Shown in pieces: positions 55,620-64,000 of a DNA stretch of 64,000 bases. A program made the position numbers and the translations under genes. This stretch comes from Candidatus Latescibacterota bacterium. GTDB lineage: Bacteria > Latescibacterota > UBA2968. How positions within the stretch are numbered: position 1 is the stretch's first letter; every line of letters begins with the position of its first letter. The notes beneath the pieces are model-generated. The model did no database searches, was not told where the DNA came from, and saw nothing but the letters and a program-made list of their open reading frames with translations. The stretch is taken from the NCBI GenBank assembly GCA_965207885.1, contig OZ242311.1:384001-448000 (forward strand), read 5' to 3'.

Positions 55620-56377
55620 CTCTCAAACACCTCGCAGGTCTCAAACAGGTAAACCAGTACCGCTAATCCGGCGGACCGCTTGGCTTGCTCCACGAAGCCT
55701 CGCTGTGCAAATCTACACATTAAATCGAAAAGAACGTCTCCCGAATGCCCGTCTTGCCTCAACCGATAGTACTCTTGTAGAAATCCCACCTTCAAGCGTT
55801 CTGGAAAATCTTGATCCGTCTGCGCCACACTTTCAATAAACGCTCGCACCTCACGCGAAATACTGAGGCCCATTGTAATGATCATTCGAGAGCCGTTTCC
55901 CAATGCGTTTTTATTTATTTTATTTTCAGGCGCGATCACCGAAAAGTCATTGTCAGGGGCAGTCTGTTGTAGATTAATTTGCATGATCCACAGGGTGGCT
56001 TCTTCCAATTCTGGGAATCCAATATCTACGAATGCATCGGCTATTGCATCACGGACCGTTTGTTCGTGTTCACTCTTGATCTTGTGGAGGCGTTCTACGG
56101 GATAGTCGTTCTCACCTTGCGGCATCGCGTCAATTATGGTGTGGCAGGTTCCGCACAGATAGATGAGATTGTTATAATGGTCTCTATTCTTAGGGGGCAT
56201 ATTTTTATCATAACGAGCTGATCCAGGATTTTTACCAGCGATATGTGCTGCTTCTCCTACGTTGATAGGATCACCGCTTTCACTGTCTGGTGACAAATTC
56301 TGTCCACAACCGGGCAAAGCACATATGTCTCCACTTCGGTAGGCCAAGAGGATTTTAGTTCGGTTGGATACGCTCAC
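55616..56377 (-). CDS. lmuA: Lamassu effector: HNH endonuclease + ABC-3C C-terminal domain
   Basis: CALPGC...GEAAHI...NLIYLCGTCH..ID HNH motif; KINKNAL and AVLVYLFETCEVFER C-terminal domain. Confidence 0.85.
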   Translation of the reverse strand: MSVSNRTKILLAYRSGDICALPGCGQNLSPDSESGDPINVGEAAHIAGKNPGSARYDKNMPPKNRDHYNNLIYLCGTCHTIIDAMPQGENDYPVERLHKIKSEHEQTVRDAIADAFVDIGFPELEEATLWIMQINLQQTAPDNDFSVIAPENKINKNALGNGSRMIITMGLSISREVRAFIESVAQTDQDFPERLKVGFLQEYYRLRQDGHSGDVLFDLMCRFAQRGFVEQAKRSAGLAVLVYLFETCEVFER

Positions 56378-56559
56378 ACCGCCACCTCCCCATTCATCAA
56401 CTGCAGTAGGAGCACGTCGCGGGTCTGGGTGAGTTGTTCATTCGACTGATGGAGTTTCTCAATTTGAAGAACAATCGGAATGATCTGCTCCATAAATATA
56501 TCAGCGGTCCTGTCATATACCTGCAAAAACGTAACTCCCTGAAAGTCTAATTGCGACAA
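56374..56559 (-). pseudogene. hsdS: Orphan 3' fragment of an hsdS gene (conserved C-terminal helix)
   Basis: QIEKL...LTQTRDVLLLQLMNGEVAV* is homologous to LTQARDLLLPRLMSGEMAV* at 63775-63840; no upstream TRD. Confidence 0.8.
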
Positions 56560-56688
56560 AAAATAGCTCCTGAACCTAAAGAACTAATTTTTTAGAGGAT
56601 AAAAAAGGAAATTCTGTTGGCCTGCGAGTGACCGAATGGCTGCGTTCATCAAGTGTGGACAAGAGACAGTGCGGACCATAGTTTGCCC

Positions 56689-59600
56689 TTAAATTTGGTA
56701 AGCGGAATCACTCCGACGGCGCGGGATAGATTGTAGCTGTGGCTCGCTCCCGCCGAGATTTGCCAACCGTCGGGCACTTTCTCGTTCAATCAGTTTTTGG
56801 TTCCGAAGCATTCTCATTTTCGCGTCATGTTCGGCAACATTTACTTCCGCTTCTCGATCATATCCCTCTGCTAATTTTCGGAGTGTAACAGCAAAGCGGT
56901 GATAGCCTGCATTTTCAACGTCTTCGGCTTTTTGTCTGTATTTTTCGGCAAGCTCTTGTTCTGGTTTTCCCGTTGGGTCAACTGTGTGAACCCCGCGAGA
57001 GTTGTACATTCCAGAACGGAAACTATTCCTCATTTCTTCTTCATCCGTCGCATTGAGCGCAGAGGCGACTGTTCGGTGTATCCACAACCCTTCTGGATCA
57101 GGTGGCGCATGAATGAGAACATTTCCTATATGCATAAGAGCGGCCTCAAGATGTCCGGATTCATTACACGCTTCTTTTGTTTTCTTAAGCCACTTCTCGA
57201 ATTGGTCAGGTAAAAATTGACCATCTGATTGCTTACCCGGCGGAGTTTTCCATTTATCAAGGAGTTCGTATGCGTTATCAGCAATGGCTTTATCCTGTTC
57301 GCTAAGTTCTTTTGGAGATTTCATTTCATTTTTTGATCGATAGATAAGGCGTATTAGTTCGCAGAAAAAATCCGGGTCAGAAGATAGGCGATTTTCTAAT
57401 GATTTCGGTGATGTATCAGCATAATAAGGTTCATTCAGCAATTTCAGGTAGGCCCATTCAATTTGAAAAAGAGCATCAGGATCGGTGTCTGGGTCGTCCT
57501 GTAAAGCCTTTATGATTTCGATGATGCTATGCAGATCCACCACATGTGAAGGTTCTTTAGAAGAAATCGCAGCCATGAGAGCTTTTACACTTCGGGTTTT
57601 GTCCAATGGCTGTTTACTGTGTATCATTTTATGCAGACAGGCGATAGCCGCATGGGGTCTGTCATACTCTATCAGTTTGTCTATGGCAATGCTGAGGTCG
57701 CCATCAGTGTGATCTTGGTATGGGTTTGCACTGGTTTTGTTCCAGTACCCCTTTTCGGACTCGCCCAGCCAATCTGTTGCGCGATGCCAGGTCTCCTTTG
57801 TAAAGGGTAGATAGGATAGGAACTGACCTGTTTGTGCTGCTGACCAGTTTGAGGTGTTAAAGCTATCAACCCATTCCCATCCATTGACATTTTGGCGACA
57901 ACTGACATAAGCACTTGTAAGCAGCGCGAGTTTGGTGTTATCTGTTTCCAGCAATGCAGGAAGGATGTGTTTGTCAGTTTCCTCCTGTGCTATAGTACCC
58001 AGAGAACGTCCAACAAACCAGGGTGCCTCAACACTTTCGGCGAATTGAAATACCATATCCATCCCACCATCAGCCAGAATCTCTTTTATCGCTTGCTGAC
58101 GGCGTTGATCGAGTTTTTGGCGGTGTTGATCAAGTTTTTCCTTTTGCTGTGGGTCTCCCCAGGTTCCTTCATAGAGAGCCAAATCATTGTGACCAAATAA
58201 TCTGCGATGAAGATGAAATGGATTTTGAGGCGCGAGTTTTGCGGCAACATCCTCGATTTTGGAAAGGATTTTATCGCTTAAAGCCCATTCTGCGTCAGAA
58301 AAGCGTCTGTGTTTTGAGGCAAGCTTAGTTAGTTGAGACCAGATTTTTAGACGCTGATCTTCAGATTTGCCGCATATCTCTTCTGATGATAGATACTCGA
58401 GCAATTTGTCAAAAGAAGGCTTTGGTAAGTTATCAAGATCACCAATCAACTCGGTTAATTTATCAATATCATTGCTTGCCATCGAAACCGCTATTTCAGC
58501 ATAAGAGGTAATTTGCTTCCAGTACTCCTCTTGAATAACACGATCTTCCCAATCATCGGGAATGGTATTTCGCCACGCAGGTTTGTGAGTGCCGGAGGAC
58601 ATCTGATGCTGATTTGGCAACAGATTGATCAATAGGTTCCATGCCACATCTGGGACTGTATTTATCAGCGTTTTTACAGCAACTTCGCGCTTCTCTATGG
58701 GTGCAATAGTCTGCGGATGCCACGGGAGTATAATTTCTGTCAGCGAATTGGCTGGGCGGTTCGCCCAATTCCCACCGGGATCATGTTCCGCAAGATCACC
58801 GAGAATTACGCACACTCGGACGAGATACTCAGCATCCCAGGCAAGGGTTTCCAATGCCCAGAGTAGGCCAACGAGGTAATTTCTACCCCCCACACCTCCG
58901 CGTTCCTGTGAAAACAATTCGTCAAATGGGCAAGGAGATTGGTCCAACGCATTTTCTACCGCGTTCAAAAAATCATTTGGGGCTGCTTCTGCCAGCACAG
59001 GGAGAAGATCATTTAGACTACCCCACAATACCCAATCAGCATTCTTAAGAATTTCGCGAACAACACGACTGGCTGTGTCTTTTGGCTTCCAACCTTGATG
59101 TTGTGGCGAAAAGTTCTTCAAAGCATCGGGATTAGTGCTGAGAAGTGCCAGCGTTTCAGCTAATCCTTTCCGAAGACCGTTTGAGTATTTTGGTACCTTG
59201 TCGTAAATATTGGCGGCATAGCGTTCATCAGCAGGTAAGTCAAACTGAGGATTGCGCTCGGACAATACTGTAACCGCACACTGTTTCAGGACTTTCAGCG
59301 TGTCATCAAAAACACGTCCGCCTAATGCCTGCCACATTCCTTTTCGATCAATGACTTGCCATCTCCCGTTTATAAACGTCACAGGGCTTATGGCTTGTTG
59401 TAACATCTCCCTCAGTTTGGGAATCCATTTTGTGTAATCCTCTTCATTGACAAGCTGACGCACAATTTCTAGATCGGCTTCGTTTAGCTCATTCCACGCG
59501 CCAAGAAGGTTGGCAATCGCCAGGTCAGAAGCGTATTCGTGCTGATTCCAGTCTGAATGGGTTTGTTGTTCGTCAGAAGACTGCAATCGAATTGTCTCAA

Positions 59601-60033
59601 TTTCTCGCAAACTGAGCGCGCCGAGGGACTCGCCATTGCGTCCATACCAATGTCCTTTCCAGGCAGTTGGAATGCCTTGCATGGCGGGCGGAATTTTGAA
59701 CATGACAACGCGGCCACCTGGGTGATTGAGCACATAGATTTCATCGAATGTGAGGTTATCAGTTTCATTGGCAATTTCCTGTTTCAAGCTGTCAAGGTGC
59801 GCTGGATTTTCGCGGAACTGACTGCCGCAAACCGAATGATCATTTTTTACACCGAATATCAACCAACCACACGCTTGCTTTTTCAAGTTGGCTTCGTTGG
59901 ATAGCGCAGAGAAATACTTGCCCAACTTCTCGAAGTCATACTGATTTTGAGCTTCTTTGAACTCGAGCCATTCTGTCTCGTGCGGAAGTTCACACAGACG
60001 GTCGAGTTCCTGACGAAGTTCAGATTGGTTCAT
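56689..60033 (-). CDS. Schlafen/AlbA_2 domain fused to a ~900-aa helical domain with a VapB-like C-terminal tail
   Basis: ETEWLEFKE, YFSALSNEAN, GWLIFGV at the N-terminus; likely ATG at 60033 after GGGAGA; terminal LIERESARRLANLGGSEPQL. Confidence 0.8.
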   Translation of the reverse strand: MNQSELRQELDRLCELPHETEWLEFKEAQNQYDFEKLGKYFSALSNEANLKKQACGWLIFGVKNDHSVCGSQFRENPAHLDSLKQEIANETDNLTFDEIYVLNHPGGRVVMFKIPPAMQGIPTAWKGHWYGRNGESLGALSLREIETIRLQSSDEQQTHSDWNQHEYASDLAIANLLGAWNELNEADLEIVRQLVNEEDYTKWIPKLREMLQQAISPVTFINGRWQVIDRKGMWQALGGRVFDDTLKVLKQCAVTVLSERNPQFDLPADERYAANIYDKVPKYSNGLRKGLAETLALLSTNPDALKNFSPQHQGWKPKDTASRVVREILKNADWVLWGSLNDLLPVLAEAAPNDFLNAVENALDQSPCPFDELFSQERGGVGGRNYLVGLLWALETLAWDAEYLVRVCVILGDLAEHDPGGNWANRPANSLTEIILPWHPQTIAPIEKREVAVKTLINTVPDVAWNLLINLLPNQHQMSSGTHKPAWRNTIPDDWEDRVIQEEYWKQITSYAEIAVSMASNDIDKLTELIGDLDNLPKPSFDKLLEYLSSEEICGKSEDQRLKIWSQLTKLASKHRRFSDAEWALSDKILSKIEDVAAKLAPQNPFHLHRRLFGHNDLALYEGTWGDPQQKEKLDQHRQKLDQRRQQAIKEILADGGMDMVFQFAESVEAPWFVGRSLGTIAQEETDKHILPALLETDNTKLALLTSAYVSCRQNVNGWEWVDSFNTSNWSAAQTGQFLSYLPFTKETWHRATDWLGESEKGYWNKTSANPYQDHTDGDLSIAIDKLIEYDRPHAAIACLHKMIHSKQPLDKTRSVKALMAAISSKEPSHVVDLHSIIEIIKALQDDPDTDPDALFQIEWAYLKLLNEPYYADTSPKSLENRLSSDPDFFCELIRLIYRSKNEMKSPKELSEQDKAIADNAYELLDKWKTPPGKQSDGQFLPDQFEKWLKKTKEACNESGHLEAALMHIGNVLIHAPPDPEGLWIHRTVASALNATDEEEMRNSFRSGMYNSRGVHTVDPTGKPEQELAEKYRQKAEDVENAGYHRFAVTLRKLAEGYDREAEVNVAEHDAKMRMLRNQKLIERESARRLANLGGSEPQLQSIPRRRSDSAYQI

Positions 60034-60190
60034 ACTGAAATCTCCCATTCTGATTCTACCATAAGATTGGGTATGCATCAGACAGGCGGCAGTTTCGAAT
60101 ATATTACTTCAAATTTTCCACCGTGTTCTTGTTGCAACTTCGCTTCTTTTATATTTTGGTCTCTTGGCAATGTTTCCGCACAGTCCAAAC

Positions 60191-61147
60191 TTAGACAGAG
60201 ACCCGGTCAAATGCCTCTGTAAAAGTAATGCTCCCATTCTGCATTTCACGTCTGATGTTAAGAATATCTGATGGAGTCGGCAGGCCATCAATTTGCAATT
60301 TGCAAGAAATATTAAGACGTTCAAAAAGAGAGTTGATTTCCTTGACGATATGATCTCTTAATACAGCCAGTGCCCAGTGAAAATTAACCAATCTATGGAA
60401 AACGAAAAACTCTGTTGATCGTTTTTCGGACAAATCTCTTCGATTCCACCCCCATTTTTTGGTAACTTGTCCGCAGTATATATCAGCCATTCTTACATAC
60501 TCTTGAAAATCAAAATTACTGTCTTGCAAGCCTTTTGCTAAATCTTGACTCCAAAAATTTGGAGGCAAACTTTCATATTGTCCCAGGTTCTTTATCATAG
60601 CTTTATATCCCTTTCGTCCACCTAACATCGGGGGCATCTCGAAGTACCAAATGCGCTTTGATGGGACCAAGACAAAGTTCTTTTCCCACAGGTCTCGGTC
60701 CCTTTTGGGAACCAGTTGCAGAAAGTAGCCGGGAAGACGTAATAATCTTCTTGATGTGAAACCATAGAGATGGGCAATATTGTTGTCATCAAATATTATT
60801 TCGTGTACTGAGCATCCTTCATGGGAAAGGTGTCTTACTATATTTTCAATAACATCACAGACTACTCTATTTAGATCATGTCGTCTGATTAGATCATGTT
60901 GGTCATTCGGATTATATCCATATTGCATTTCTCTAATAAGTTGTCTTGCCTTTTCACACTCCCTCTCATCTCCATCCATGCTAACAGAAAACGCTTTCTG
61001 TTTCGTTGTATGACCTCCAATTGGCATTATTGCCAAATATATATCTTCGGTGAACATATGTATGTTCAGGTTGTTATCTGTTTCGTTTGAAAGGCTGGGA
61101 AAATGTCTGGCGACTGTCGGCTGTACTATGTCGTGATACCCCATCAT
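60191..61147 (-). CDS. Hypothetical protein (318 aa)
   Basis: ORF with ATGA overlap to the upstream 845-aa gene; no recognisable motif. Confidence 0.8.
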   Translation of the reverse strand: MMGYHDIVQPTVARHFPSLSNETDNNLNIHMFTEDIYLAIMPIGGHTTKQKAFSVSMDGDERECEKARQLIREMQYGYNPNDQHDLIRRHDLNRVVCDVIENIVRHLSHEGCSVHEIIFDDNNIAHLYGFTSRRLLRLPGYFLQLVPKRDRDLWEKNFVLVPSKRIWYFEMPPMLGGRKGYKAMIKNLGQYESLPPNFWSQDLAKGLQDSNFDFQEYVRMADIYCGQVTKKWGWNRRDLSEKRSTEFFVFHRLVNFHWALAVLRDHIVKEINSLFERLNISCKLQIDGLPTPSDILNIRREMQNGSITFTEAFDRVSV

Positions 61148-63681
61148 TCTTCACCTCCATCATTACGAAGAATGTCTTGATATCTTCGTTTCGCCCTTTG
61201 CAAAGCATTGGGGAAATGCTGTCGGTTACGTCCAAAATCTAAACTTTCTCCATCCTCGCAATTCCGCAGATAGAAGTTGATGAAGACGTCAATTCCGTCA
61301 TAACGACTTAGATGACGTTCACCGACAAATATGCGGACTAATACATCTTCATGATCAATTTCTATATCCGACGTTATTGCTTCAATTCCATCAACCTCAC
61401 GGCGAGGAACATTCCTTAACACATTCATTATTTTTTGTTTCCAACTGGTGCGTAGAACTGAACGATGTGGTATTATTCCAAATGCACTTTCTGTAAAGGC
61501 AACTGCTCCAGCCAATAGAGGTAATGGCGATTGCTCACGTTCTCGGTTTAAGTATTTGTCCCAGGCCTGTGTCACTGTCTCCCATAACAACACATTTTCA
61601 TGGTAATCAGCCATCAATTTTGCATACCCGCTGATATCTATAAGATCCAATAATGGTGCCGCAGCTATCTTAAAATCCTGTTGAGCATGCCAATCTGTAA
61701 TTGATGTTGTTGGTTTGAGTTTATCAAACTTCAATAGAGCACCATGTAAATACGGTTTAAAGACATTTTTTAGTAAGGCGGTGTCATTCTTTAATAGAGC
61801 ATCAAATGCAACTTCGCCTGAAGTGTGAAGAAACTGCCCTGCATAATCTGGATAATTCTCCGGACGGTTAATAAGAGCAAGTAATATATTTTGTTTTGAC
61901 ATCTGTGACAGCAATTCATTTTGTCTGGCATCGCTCTTGGAACGTAGTTCTTCAAGGTCTAACTGGGACCAGGGCAAACCATCTATGTATCGCTCACTGG
62001 TCAGTTCATCCCAGACCTTCGGCCAGATATTATTGAGTTGATCGCTTACCTTATGCCAGTACTCCCACTCCCGACTCATTATGGCCGCTGCCAGCCATGG
62101 TCGACTACAGTCAGTTGCTTTTTTAATACTGGTTTTAAATAAATCTGCACTTTTGATAATCAATGTCTCGGCACTGGCAACAAATTGCTTTGCCTCTACT
62201 TGGCGCACAAGCTCTGTAAGATACCAAAGAGGTGAAACTACATGTCCTTCTACTGTTTTTTCAAACACGAGCCGCGGTTTCAACCACTCAACTCGTGAAA
62301 GACAATGTTTTGAAAATCCCTGACGGTAGATACTGGCCTCTTTGGTCCAGCGTACTGAGGAGACCATGTTTTTTATAGTCTGAGAGCTAATACTCTCCAT
62401 AGTTTCTCGGTAGGTCAAAGCTACAGATATAGTAAGAGCAGATAATCGTTCTACCAGTCCTAATTTCTCCAGAGTTCCTTGTAAATTGCTATCGGTTTGT
62501 TTAGTGAATTGGTCTAAAACTGTTTCCATCAAATTCTCTACCAAAACAAAGGCTCTATCCACGCTCCCTTCACGCGCAAGTTTTTTTATGTAAACCCCTG
62601 TATAATCAAATAGACCAAATAGATCGGTATAACGTCCGTTCACTAAATTGACCTCAATACATCTCTTGACAATTGGAATGCACCTTTCCTCAATCCATTC
62701 ATTATTGGTTGTTATTTCTGGCTGAATCATTGTGCTTGTCTGGTGAGCAAGGTCCACAGCCGTATCGCCTGTTCGATACCAGTCTCGGTGTTGGTATTGC
62801 TGCTGATACCAAACACTTTCAGTAGGTATTTTACGTTTCGCATCTTCATAAACAATTAAAAACTTCAGAACATTTTTGGATAATTCTATGAAAGGTTTGC
62901 CATTTAAATGTGGCTCTTTCGATGTGATGTCTGACAGTGTTTTAAGTGTGTCCAGTGTTGCTGAAGCCTTTTTGTGGGCATGATTTTGGAATGATTGATC
63001 CTGCCATCTGAATCCGCCTATAACTACCATGCTCAGCCAGCGATGAAGCTCCTTAAAGAGATGATGTGATAGCGCAGTGGGGTCAAAAAAATAGAAAGCC
63101 CGTTGCCCAAGTTTCACGAATGAAATAATCCCTATTCCTGCCAATATTGTTACCAGTGGTATCGCGAAATGCACTTTGGGAAATCCCATTTCACGGAAGG
63201 CAATTAAGATCAAGCCGAGAAATGTCAAAAAGGCGAGAAAGCCCATATAGACATTTCCAAATCTCTCATGTGCCAACAGATCTCTAATATTATTTGGTAC
63301 TCTCGCATATGTGGTGCTACCCACCATGCTAAGACCTGCATAATACAGACCGATGAAAACTCCTCCAATACCGCTGATCGTTGCCAACAACGTCACATAA
63401 TCACTATCGTCGGGAATTGCAATACCAATGCTCCCATAGTATGAGTATAAATAGGAGTCAATCGTTTGAATCAGTGCAGCAATCACAATACAGATTAATA
63501 GCAGCGCCCAGGTGATCCTGAAGAGGTGTCTAAATGATTGGTAATTAGCTCTCTCTTCATTAAGCCTGTATCGAACACTATATATACGTGCGCCCAACCA
63601 AAAAAAAATATTTCTCAGGATACTACGTAGTAACCAAAAGCCCCGTGATTGATATAGTTGTAAAAGGAATCTGTTCTTCAT
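61144..63681 (-). CDS. Hypothetical membrane protein (845 aa; N-terminal TM bundle, large soluble domain)
   Basis: About 4-5 hydrophobic helices in the first ~200 aa; AT-rich; no recognisable catalytic motif. Confidence 0.85.
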   Translation of the reverse strand: MKNRFLLQLYQSRGFWLLRSILRNIFFWLGARIYSVRYRLNEERANYQSFRHLFRITWALLLICIVIAALIQTIDSYLYSYYGSIGIAIPDDSDYVTLLATISGIGGVFIGLYYAGLSMVGSTTYARVPNNIRDLLAHERFGNVYMGFLAFLTFLGLILIAFREMGFPKVHFAIPLVTILAGIGIISFVKLGQRAFYFFDPTALSHHLFKELHRWLSMVVIGGFRWQDQSFQNHAHKKASATLDTLKTLSDITSKEPHLNGKPFIELSKNVLKFLIVYEDAKRKIPTESVWYQQQYQHRDWYRTGDTAVDLAHQTSTMIQPEITTNNEWIEERCIPIVKRCIEVNLVNGRYTDLFGLFDYTGVYIKKLAREGSVDRAFVLVENLMETVLDQFTKQTDSNLQGTLEKLGLVERLSALTISVALTYRETMESISSQTIKNMVSSVRWTKEASIYRQGFSKHCLSRVEWLKPRLVFEKTVEGHVVSPLWYLTELVRQVEAKQFVASAETLIIKSADLFKTSIKKATDCSRPWLAAAIMSREWEYWHKVSDQLNNIWPKVWDELTSERYIDGLPWSQLDLEELRSKSDARQNELLSQMSKQNILLALINRPENYPDYAGQFLHTSGEVAFDALLKNDTALLKNVFKPYLHGALLKFDKLKPTTSITDWHAQQDFKIAAAPLLDLIDISGYAKLMADYHENVLLWETVTQAWDKYLNREREQSPLPLLAGAVAFTESAFGIIPHRSVLRTSWKQKIMNVLRNVPRREVDGIEAITSDIEIDHEDVLVRIFVGERHLSRYDGIDVFINFYLRNCEDGESLDFGRNRQHFPNALQRAKRRYQDILRNDGGEE

Positions 63682-63774
63682 GATAAGTGAAGCTCACAAT
63701 AAGATGAGGTATGTATAATCCGATGCGTCGCCATTTAAGACAACAGGCGTGGCGTTCTTATTCTTGTTCGATGC

Positions 63775-64000
63775 TCAAACCGCCATCTCCCCACTCATCA
63801 ACCGCGGCAGAAGCAGGTCTCGGGCTTGGGTGAGTCTGCGTATTTCGGTAGAAAGTATGTCAATTTGTCGAAGGATCGGCGATATAATGCCTGTAAACTT
63901 GTCAATTAAACTGGTTTCAGGAACTACAAAAGGAATGAGCTTAAAGGTGTTTCGGATAATCGCATCGAAGATTGCGCCAACTGCTCGACTGCGAAATTGT
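63775..64000 (-). CDS. hsdS: Type I R-M specificity subunit, 3' end (truncated by the window)
   Basis: Manual translation: ...AVGAIFDAIIRNTFKLIPFVVPETSLIDKFTGIISPILRQIDIL...LTQARDLLLPRLMSGEMAV*. Confidence 0.9.
   Translation of the reverse strand, partial: QFRSRAVGAIFDAIIRNTFKLIPFVVPETSLIDKFTGIISPILRQIDILSTEIRRLTQARDLLLPRLMSGEMAV

Noticed and set aside
56374-56559. 61-aa ORF as a novel Lamassu accessory gene
   Set aside because: Better explained as an hsdS 3' remnant because of its similarity to 63775-63840.
56689-60078. Avs/STAND or RecG-like ATPase call for the large Schlafen fusion
   Set aside because: No Walker A/B motifs are visible in the translation.
60109-60324. 71-aa ORF between the 318-aa and Schlafen genes
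   Set aside because: It overlaps the 318-aa gene in another frame and has no RBS or motif.
1-64000. CRISPR array, tRNA or rRNA genes
   Set aside because: No regularly spaced repeat-spacer units or recognisable structural RNA genes were seen; the repeats found occur only in pairs.

Overview
Bacterial genomic window, gene-dense, with a mostly G/T-skewed + strand. Gene content (sulfatases, Gfo/Idh/MocA oxidoreductases, DUF1080, PQQ-like propeller, GWxTD protein, MacB-type permease array, T9SS-CTD-like secreted protein) suggests an FCB-group organism such as Latescibacterota/Gemmatimonadota; this is inference. Positions 1-48.5 kb hold catabolic and envelope genes, a sigma54-type MacAB/FtsX ABC exporter cluster with a PhnZ-like HD gene between 82-bp direct repeats, a solo TnpB element, glgC, and a GWxTD / secreted protein / TonB-dependent receptor / lipoprotein locus with a duplicated regulatory block. 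Positions 48.5-64 kb are a minus-strand defence island built inside a type I R-M operon: hsdS 3' end, an AT-richer three-gene cassette (845-aa membrane protein, 318-aa unknown, ~1114-aa Schlafen/AlbA_2 fusion ending in a VapB-like tail), a second hsdS tail, an HNH-effector Lamassu (ABC-3C) system, hsdR, vapBC and a 371-aa unknown. The best candidate for an undescribed system is the three-gene cassette between the two hsdS tails. No rRNA, tRNA or CRISPR array was seen. All family assignments come from motif recognition by eye; no database search was run.
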